Assembly (NCBI GenBank): GCA_963803575.1
Contig: CAWDMW010000001.1
Coordinates: forward strand, 272,086-336,085
Origin: an uncultured Alphaproteobacteria bacterium
GTDB taxonomy: Bacteria > Pseudomonadota > Alphaproteobacteria > Rickettsiales > UBA998
Direction of reading: 5' to 3'
DNA length: 64,000 nt
How positions within the stretch are numbered: position 1 is the stretch's first letter; each line of letters starts with the position of its first letter. Both the position numbers and the translations under genes were made by a program. Of this stretch, positions 57,577-64,000 are shown piece by piece. The notes under the pieces are model-generated. The model made no database searches and had not been told where the DNA came from. It was given only the letters and a program-made list of their open reading frames with translations.

Positions 57577-57698
57577 TAGAGACAACCAAACATCAAAATC
57601 TTCATACAGCGTAAATTTCTCTTGTGTTTTTTTTGTAATATGTTAATTAAGATGCCTGTTTATATGATTTACGCATGCGTAACAAAATGTTTGGTTTA
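57577..57698 (+). repeat. direct repeat copy 2
   Basis: Partner of 48707-48827. It starts exactly at the TA next to the IS630 right IR. Confidence 0.9.
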
Positions 57699-57989
57699 GC
57701 ATCAATTTTACTTCTTCTTGCACCTCAGCCTGCTCAAGCAGGTCGATGGTATTACATAGAGGAAGCTTTCCAAGCCAGAGATCCTCAAAGATGTCTTGCA
57801 ACTATTGTAGTTACAAAGAACACACGCAAAAAAGTGTGGTTCTACAAAGGTGAGGTCATCTTAACCGGTGAAAAAATAACTGACTGTAGGGTTTATCAAG
57901 ATCGACTAGTTTCAGGAGTTGTTTCTCCAAATGGTAAAGGCGAAATATACGGTGGAATGCCAGAAATGCATGGCATAACATTACACTAA
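57675..57989 (+). CDS. small secreted protein, unknown function
   Basis: 104 aa with signal peptide MRNKMFGLASILLLLAPQPAQA. Confidence 0.7.
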   Translation: MRNKMFGLASILLLLAPQPAQAGRWYYIEEAFQARDPQRCLATIVVTKNTRKKVWFYKGEVILTGEKITDCRVYQDRLVSGVVSPNGKGEIYGGMPEMHGITLH

Positions 57990-58035
57990 ATACTTTACCC
58001 AACATTAACACTGTGTTGGGTAAACTTTTTCAAAC

Positions 58036-58734
58036 TTAAAGTAACGCATTCCAAACTAGCCGCAATGGCAAAAGATGAATCTGCCCTATATTCTTACGTT
58101 TTCGCCATTGCTCCATTCGTGTATGGTTCACATAGCGTAGCTGATGTAAAAATCGGTCATTCTGTATTGCCTCTCCTGACATATCACACATATCTAACAT
58201 CCCCATCGCCTCATTCACATCGTCACCCTGACGCAGCAACATATGTACAGTAGCCAGCGTTCCACTGATGTGCCCTGTCTGTTCGTAAGCCTGCACCTGC
58301 TCTGGCTGGTGGGCACCGTAAGCAAGCATTGCGTAGAAAGCCTGCATGGTCTGGGCAATGCATGTATGAGACACCCCCTCCCCCATGGAATCAGCCAGCA
58401 CATTAAAAAACATCTCATAGGTTGCTTGCGGAATGATCTGGGCTTGCAATAATGGCTGCATTGCCTGCAATACCGCTATATTATCCGGCGCATCTTTTCC
58501 GTGGGACACAGCTTCAAGTTGCTCCTGCCACCATTTCAACCGCACCAGCCCTACCATTGCATCAGATACATTTTCCGGAATCTTTAGTAACTCATGCCCC
58601 AAAGCAAGCAACGCCCACAGATCAGACTGATACGGTGCGGGGGCAAACAGTGAACATAGGTAACGTTCATAGTCATGATCGCGTGCCAGCATTCGCATGG
58701 TATGATGGAGTGAATCGCTTTGCATAAGCCGCAT
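58036..58734 (-). CDS. squalene/phytoene-synthase-family protein (NDUFAF6-like)
   Basis: ...RDHDYERYLCSLFAPAPYQSDLWALLALGHELLKIPE...LVRLKWWQEQL. I prefer the internal ATG 58734 because the track start (58845) overlaps the divergent secA start. Confidence 0.65.
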   Translation of the reverse strand: MRLMQSDSLHHTMRMLARDHDYERYLCSLFAPAPYQSDLWALLALGHELLKIPENVSDAMVGLVRLKWWQEQLEAVSHGKDAPDNIAVLQAMQPLLQAQIIPQATYEMFFNVLADSMGEGVSHTCIAQTMQAFYAMLAYGAHQPEQVQAYEQTGHISGTLATVHMLLRQGDDVNEAMGMLDMCDMSGEAIQNDRFLHQLRYVNHTRMEQWRKRKNIGQIHLLPLRLVWNALL

Positions 58735-58810
58735 TATTATCGCAATCCAGCGTGAATGGCTATTCATAATTCGCTGGACGAAAGCAGCGATAAACGCTAC
58801 ATAACAGAGC

Positions 58811-61543
58811 ATGGTATTAGGACTCGCAAAGAAACTATTTGGCACAGCGAATGACAGGCTGGTAAAGGGCTACCGTTCGCAGGTTGCCGCAATTAATGCA
58901 CTGGAAGAAGAGATGCGTGCATTGGATGACACGCAACTACAAGCAAAAACGCACGAATTTCGCACACGTCTGGCGAATGGCGACACACCAGACAAGCTCC
59001 TTCCCGAAGCATTTGCCGTTGTGCGTGAAGCGGCACAACGAACGATTGGCCTGCGTCATTATGACGTGCAACTCATTGGCGGCATCGTGCTGCATCAGGG
59101 ACGTATTGCCGAGATGAAAACAGGTGAAGGGAAAACGCTGGTCAGCACGCTGGCAGTTTACCTAAATGCCCTCAGCCAGCAAGGCGCACATGTCATTACT
59201 GTGAATGACTATCTGGCCAGCCGTGATGCCGAATGGATGGGAACGGTTTACCAATTATTAGGTTTGAGCGTTGGTGTCATTAAACATGGCATGATGGATC
59301 ATGAACGCCAGCAAGCATATGCCTGTGACATCACTTACGGTACCAATAACGAATTCGGGTTTGATTACCTGCGCGATAACATGAAGTTTTCCCGTGACGC
59401 TATGGTACAACGCCCCTTCCATTTTGCGGTGGTAGATGAAGTGGATTCCATCCTGATTGATGAAGCGCGCACGCCCCTCATCATTTCCGGGCCTACCGAG
59501 GATAATTCTAGTCTGTATGTGGCGATTGACGCATTAATTCCTGCACTTTTGCCAGAACATTACGATATTGACGAAAAAGCAAAAAATGTTTCGCTCAATG
59601 ATGAAGGCATCGCTGCTATGGAAGCACTATTGGTGGAAGCAGCATTGATGCAACCAGAGCAAAGCCTCTATGACATCGAGCAGGTATCATTAGTTCATCA
59701 TGTAGGTCAGGCATTGCGCGCGCACCATATTTTTCAGCCTGATATTGACTATATCGTCAAGGATCATAAAGTCGTGATTATCGACGAATTTACAGGTCGT
59801 ATGATGGAAGGTCGGCGCTACTCTGAAGGGCTGCATCAGGCACTGGAGGCCAGAGAAAATGTCCCGATTCAAAATGAGAATCAGACACTGGCCAGCATTA
59901 CGTTCCAAAATTATTTTCGTATGTATCCTAAGCTATCTGGTATGACCGGAACGGCACTGACTGAAGCGAATGAATTTTCTGATATTTATGGGCTGGAAGT
60001 CGTGGAGATTCCAACCAACGTACCCATAGCACGACTGGATTATGATGACGAAATTTACCGCACGTTAGCAGAAAAGCAAGATGCGGTAGTGAAGCTTGTC
60101 AAAGAATGTCATGAACGCCAGCAACCCGTATTGGTTGGTACAGTGAGCATTGAGAAGTCAGAGTTTTTCTCGCGTGTGCTGAAAAAAGCAAATGTGCCGC
60201 ACTCTGTTTTGAACGCTCGTCAGCACGAACAGGAAGCCTTCATCATTGCGCAGGCTGGACGCCCGGGTGCCGTGACGATTGCTACCAATATGGCGGGTCG
60301 TGGTACAGACATCAAGCTGGGTGGTAATGTCGAATTATGTGTTGAACAGGAAACCGCAGGGCTGGATGATGCTAAACGCAAGCAACATATTGAAGCGATT
60401 GCAGAAGAGGTGGAGCGCGATAAACAAACGGTTATAGATGCAGGTGGCTTATACGTTATCGCCACAGAACGTCACGAATCACGGCGTATTGATAACCAGC
60501 TTCGTGGTCGCTCCGGTCGTCAGGGGGATGCAGGCGCATCCAAATTCTTTATCTCTTTAGAAGATGATCTAATGCGTATCTTTGGTTCAGAGCGTATTGA
60601 TAATATGTTGGTCAAGTTAGGCTTACAGGAAGGTGAAGCCATCACTCATCCATGGATGAATAAAGCACTGGAACGCGCACAGGCAAAAGTGGAAGGTCGC
60701 AATTACGATATTCGTAAAAACCTGCTAAAATTTGATGATGTCATGAATGACCAGCGCAAGGTTATCTACGATCAGCGCATTGAATTGATGGAACAGGATG
60801 ATGTTGGGGAAACAGTTGCCGCGATGCAGGAAGACCTGAACGAAGCCGTCATCGCACGTCACATACCGCCTAAGGCCTATACAGAACAATGGGACGTGGA
60901 CGGGTTAGAGAAAGAGCTTTATCGTATTTATGGCATACACGTGCCTGTGCAGGACTGGGTGCAGGAAGATGGCATTGCCAATGAAGAAATGCTAGAGCGC
61001 TTAAATACGCTGAGCAAAGCGCATCATCAGGACAAAATTGACGCTTATGGTGAGCAAGTCATGCAGATTGCAGAAAAGCGTGTGCTGCTGGAAACATTAG
61101 ATCAACTTTGGAAAGACCATTTACTCTCACTCGATCATTTGCGTGCAGGCATCGGCTTGCGTGCTTATGGACAGCGTGACCCCCTCAACGAATATAAGCA
61201 AGAAGCCTTTAATCTGTTTGAAACCATGCTGGATCATTTGCGTGAAGTGGTAACGCTTCGTCTGGCGCATCTACATATTCGCGTGGAAATGCCACCTGAA
61301 GCGATTGAATCGCTGGAGCAGCAGCGCGCGGAAACAACCATGCGAGAATCTCGCCAAGACCCTGCTTTTATGCCAGAGCCATCTGCTATGCCGGAACCTA
61401 CCATCATTACCGGACGCCATGTGCAGCCGGAAGATCGTGACCCTTCAGATCCAAGCACCTGGGGAAAGGTTGGGCGCAATGAGCCCTGCCCTTGCGGCTC
61501 TGGCAAAAAATACAAACATTGTCACGGTCTGATTGAAACATAA
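58811..61543 (+). CDS. secA: preprotein translocase ATPase SecA
   Basis: 910 aa. [29 protein letters not shown] and the C-terminal Zn finger [14 protein letters not shown]. Confidence 0.98.
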   Translation: MVLGLAKKLFGTANDRLVKGYRSQVAAINALEEEMRALDDTQLQAKTHEFRTRLANGDTPDKLLPEAFAVVREAAQRTIGLRHYDVQLIGGIVLHQGRIAEMKTGEGKTLVSTLAVYLNALSQQGAHVITVNDYLASRDAEWMGTVYQLLGLSVGVIKHGMMDHERQQAYACDITYGTNNEFGFDYLRDNMKFSRDAMVQRPFHFAVVDEVDSILIDEARTPLIISGPTEDNSSLYVAIDALIPALLPEHYDIDEKAKNVSLNDEGIAAMEALLVEAALMQPEQSLYDIEQVSLVHHVGQALRAHHIFQPDIDYIVKDHKVVIIDEFTGRMMEGRRYSEGLHQALEARENVPIQNENQTLASITFQNYFRMYPKLSGMTGTALTEANEFSDIYGLEVVEIPTNVPIARLDYDDEIYRTLAEKQDAVVKLVKECHERQQPVLVGTVSIEKSEFFSRVLKKANVPHSVLNARQHEQEAFIIAQAGRPGAVTIATNMAGRGTDIKLGGNVELCVEQETAGLDDAKRKQHIEAIAEEVERDKQTVIDAGGLYVIATERHESRRIDNQLRGRSGRQGDAGASKFFISLEDDLMRIFGSERIDNMLVKLGLQEGEAITHPWMNKALERAQAKVEGRNYDIRKNLLKFDDVMNDQRKVIYDQRIELMEQDDVGETVAAMQEDLNEAVIARHIPPKAYTEQWDVDGLEKELYRIYGIHVPVQDWVQEDGIANEEMLERLNTLSKAHHQDKIDAYGEQVMQIAEKRVLLETLDQLWKDHLLSLDHLRAGIGLRAYGQRDPLNEYKQEAFNLFETMLDHLREVVTLRLAHLHIRVEMPPEAIESLEQQRAETTMRESRQDPAFMPEPSAMPEPTIITGRHVQPEDRDPSDPSTWGKVGRNEPCPCGSGKKYKHCHGLIET

Positions 61544-61546
61544 GCC

Positions 61547-62254
61547 TTACGCCAGACTATCTATGACAGCTCTGGCCGCCTGCTCGGGATTACCTGATTG
61601 CGTAATAGGGCGGCCAACCACAATATAGCTGGCTCCGCGTGTAACGGCTTCTTTAGGTGTCATCACGCGCTTCTGATCGTCAGCCTGACTGCCCTGAGGG
61701 CGGATGCCCGGCACGACAAGTAAAAAATCATTTCCAAGCTCGTGACGTAACATATCAATCTCGTAGGATGAACATACCACACCATCAAGATGGGTACTTT
61801 GCGCCAAATCAGCCAAACGCTTCACATGGTCTGGCACGCTGTCACGTATACCAATCATCGACAGATCATCCTGATCCATACTGGTAAGCGCAGTGACACC
61901 TACAATAAAAGGGCGTGATTTGCCGGTCATTTCAGCGACGCGCATGGATGCATCAATGGCAGACTGCAACATGGCTCTTCCACCTGACGTATGTACCGTC
62001 ATCATGAAACTATCAATACCACTGGTTGCCTCAATTGCTTTTGCCACGGTGTTGGGAATATCGTGAAACTTCAAATCCAGAAACACAGGAACCTGAAAGG
62101 TTTCAAGCCTACGCACACCTGCCGCACCATTTGCGACAAAATATTCTAGCCCCAACTTGATAGCCCCCACATAAGGCACTACCTTGCGTACCAGATTTGC
62201 CGCACAATCAGGGTCTGTCGTATCAATCGCGCAGATAACGGGATTATGTTGCAA
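61547..62254 (-). CDS. pyrF: orotidine 5'-phosphate decarboxylase
   Basis: ICAIDT...GAIKLGLEYF...VFLDLKFHDIPNTV. Confidence 0.95.
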   Translation of the reverse strand: MQHNPVICAIDTTDPDCAANLVRKVVPYVGAIKLGLEYFVANGAAGVRRLETFQVPVFLDLKFHDIPNTVAKAIEATSGIDSFMMTVHTSGGRAMLQSAIDASMRVAEMTGKSRPFIVGVTALTSMDQDDLSMIGIRDSVPDHVKRLADLAQSTHLDGVVCSSYEIDMLRHELGNDFLLVVPGIRPQGSQADDQKRVMTPKEAVTRGASYIVVGRPITQSGNPEQAARAVIDSLA

Positions 62255-62309
62255 GTGACTCTCCTGTTATTGCTACATTACTACCATAATACCATGACAC
62301 GATTGATAA

Positions 62310-63665
62310 TTACTTAAGTTGATACACGGTTCGGCCTGCAACAATCGTGCGAACAGCCCGCCCCTTGGCTTGTCTGCCATGAAAAGGAGAGTTTTTAGAC
62401 TTACTGACAAAACTAAGAGGATTCACCGACCAGTCATAGTCTGGATCAATCAGCACCATATCAGCTGGCGCACCTTTTTTGAGTCGTCCTGCCTCCACAT
62501 GAATAATATCCGCTGCTTTATACGTCATGGCACCAAGCACATCCATCAATTTCATTTCCCCGCGATGCGCTAACGCCAATGAAAGCGGCAACATCGTCTC
62601 TAACCCTACAATACCAAACGCTGCTTGCTGCAATGGCACGTCTTTTTTCACTTCCTGCTCGTGTGGTGCATGGTCAGTAGCAATCGCATCAATGGTGCCA
62701 TCTTTCAGTCCGGCAATCACGGCCAGTCGATCCTTTTCTGCTCTGAGTGGTGGATTCATTTTGGAAAACGTATCATATTCCAGCACCGCTTCATCTGTTA
62801 AGCTAAAATGATGCGGCGCCGCCTCACAGGTCACATGCAACCCTTTCTGTTTAGCACGTTTCACCGCTTCAATGGCTTCCGCTGTAGAAATATGTAACAC
62901 ATGATATTGCCCACCAGTTAATTCGGTCAGCACAATATCGCGTTCAACCATCACCACTTCTGCGGCATTAGGGATACCGCGCACGCCAAGCTTAGCAGAC
63001 ACCGCACCTTCATTCATGCATCCACCAGCAGAGAGGTGCAAATCTTCCGCATGTTGGGCAATCGGCACGCCTAAATCACGTGAATAACTCAATGCCTGAC
63101 GCATTAGCCCGGCATTCATGAGTGGCAAACCATCATCGGTGAAGCCAACAGCACCCGCTTTGACCAGCAACCCCATTTCGGTTAATTGTTCACCTTTAAG
63201 ACCCTTCGATATAGCACCGTAAGTACGGACGTTCACGTAAGCCGTCTCTTTGGCGCGTGCGTGGATAAAGTCAATGAGTGATGGATCATCCAGCACCGGA
63301 TCAGTGTTGGGCATACAGGCAACCAGCGTCACCCCTCCAGCAGCGGCGGATTTACTTCCGGTGGCTATCGTCTCTTTATGCTCAAACCCCGGCTCACGGA
63401 AATGCACCTGAATATCCAGCAACCCTGGACATAAGATATGCCCTTCGCAATCTACCAGTTCAAAATCATGACTGGTGTCATCTTCAAACTGCCCTCTTTC
63501 CACTGCCAAAATACGATCACCAGACGTCAGCACATACCCCTTGCCATCTAGACCTGTTGCCGGATCCATGATGCGCGCATTGACGTAAGCGTAATTGCGG
63601 GTATGTGCCTCGTTCCAGTTGGGGCGTGTGAAATGTGGGGCGTGGGTGGTGGCAGATGAAGGCAT
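62310..63665 (-). CDS. pyrC: dihydroorotase (long, allantoinase-like class)
   Basis: GLLDIQVHFREPG...VTLVACMPNT...ATDHAPH. Confidence 0.9.
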   Translation of the reverse strand: MPSSATTHAPHFTRPNWNEAHTRNYAYVNARIMDPATGLDGKGYVLTSGDRILAVERGQFEDDTSHDFELVDCEGHILCPGLLDIQVHFREPGFEHKETIATGSKSAAAGGVTLVACMPNTDPVLDDPSLIDFIHARAKETAYVNVRTYGAISKGLKGEQLTEMGLLVKAGAVGFTDDGLPLMNAGLMRQALSYSRDLGVPIAQHAEDLHLSAGGCMNEGAVSAKLGVRGIPNAAEVVMVERDIVLTELTGGQYHVLHISTAEAIEAVKRAKQKGLHVTCEAAPHHFSLTDEAVLEYDTFSKMNPPLRAEKDRLAVIAGLKDGTIDAIATDHAPHEQEVKKDVPLQQAAFGIVGLETMLPLSLALAHRGEMKLMDVLGAMTYKAADIIHVEAGRLKKGAPADMVLIDPDYDWSVNPLSFVSKSKNSPFHGRQAKGRAVRTIVAGRTVYQLK

Positions 63666-63773
63666 AACTTAAAATTGAAAAGAAGTGGGTAACATTACCC
63701 CCTAGATATAGCGTATTTTGCCCTAAAAACACAAGCACATACCAGCTCCACAAAGCAAAAACCACTTTTTCGC

Positions 63774-64000
63774 TTGCAACATCCATTCGTTTACGATCAC
63801 GCCCAGCTTGAACTGGAAACGAAACAGGAAGCAAATGCGATTGAACGTGATAAGGTAAAAGTCTCTTATGCGATGGTTCAATTGGCGATGGAGCAATCCA
63901 CCATCGAGACAAGGAAACTTGAATTGATGGAAGCCAAAGAGCGTCGCGAACAAGAGCAGTATCTGGACGAAACGCTGGAGAAATTGTTTTACGATGAAGA
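63774..64000 (+). CDS. partial hypothetical coiled-coil protein, open to the window end
   Basis: The + frame is open from 63693 to the edge (...LELETKQEANAIERDKVKVSYAMVQLAMEQSTIETRKLELMEAKERREQEQYLDETLEKLFYDE). TTG 63774 is only a guess for the start. Confidence 0.3.
   Translation, partial: MQHPFVYDHAQLELETKQEANAIERDKVKVSYAMVQLAMEQSTIETRKLELMEAKERREQEQYLDETLEKLFYDE

Noticed and set aside
63517-63953. Minus-strand ORFs 63517..63912 (131 aa) and 63723..63953 (76 aa)
   Set aside because: The first overlaps the pyrC start. Both are antisense to a + frame that stays open to the window edge with coiled-coil-like composition. None is well supported, so I list only the + frame, at low confidence.
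1-64000. CRISPR arrays, rRNA genes, tmRNA, retron/DGR reverse transcriptases, obvious toxin-antitoxin pairs
   Set aside because: I scanned for regularly spaced short direct repeats and for the characteristic genes and found none. The only repeat structures are IS inverted repeats, the 8-bp and TA target duplications, the 679-bp inverted duplication and the 121-bp direct repeats described above.

Overview
Chromosomal window from a moderately AT-rich alphaproteobacterium. It is probably an intracellular symbiont of the Rickettsiales/Holosporales kind. I infer this from split rvh-style type IV secretion genes, an alpha-type RNase E with an acidic/basic insert, an alpha-type FliJ, the tsaE-amgK-murU block, a heavy IS load and many broken genes. 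Layout: (1) 1-5.2 kb is an integrase-bounded prophage-like module: exonuclease, Gp157-like protein, orphan C5 methyltransferase, CI/Cro pair, AlpA and a P4-type integrase. (2) 5.4-16.3 kb holds core genes: nudix, rne, amidase, mrcA, prfB with its +1 frameshift, a PAS protein and queC. (3) 16.4-24.6 kb has an orphan acidic/basic protein divergent from virB3, virB4, three tandem virB6 genes and a VirB7-like lipoprotein that is absent from the ORF track. (4) Next come a frameshifted phaC, cutA and tRNA-Gln. (5) 27-36.2 kb is a mobile-DNA graveyard between tRNA-Gln and tRNA-Ala. It contains tetR-hydrolase, an IS3-truncated DUF2157 gene, a decayed IS3, an IS427-like element split by an IS1-family element with an 8-bp TSD, a gpZ::portal chimera, two inverted serine-recombinase 3' fragments, a copA stub and the 5' half of an IS1595-family transposase. 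(6) 36.2-48.7 kb is a core block: greA, surA-like, truA, fmt, def, queD, fliJ, a 771-aa repeat-containing orphan, cheZ, cheY, iscX, tsaE, amgK and murU. (7) 48.7-57.7 kb is an insertion bracketed by diverged 121-bp direct repeats. It carries the 3' half of the IS1595 transposase, a four-times frameshifted DUF2126 transglutaminase gene, an intact cassette (Ntn-amidotransferase-like::transglutaminase, circularly permuted ATP-grasp, alpha-E), a symporter stub and an internally deleted IS630. (8) 57.7-64 kb is core again: secA, pyrF, pyrC. The best candidates for new biology are the repeat-bracketed ATP-grasp/alpha-E/transglutaminase island with a nucleophile-less Ntn domain, the compact rvh-like T4SS array with its unlisted lipoprotein, and two orphan highly charged proteins (254 aa and 771 aa) that look like secreted effectors. 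I found no CRISPR array and no rRNA. All homology statements rest on motif recognition by eye and need profile searches.
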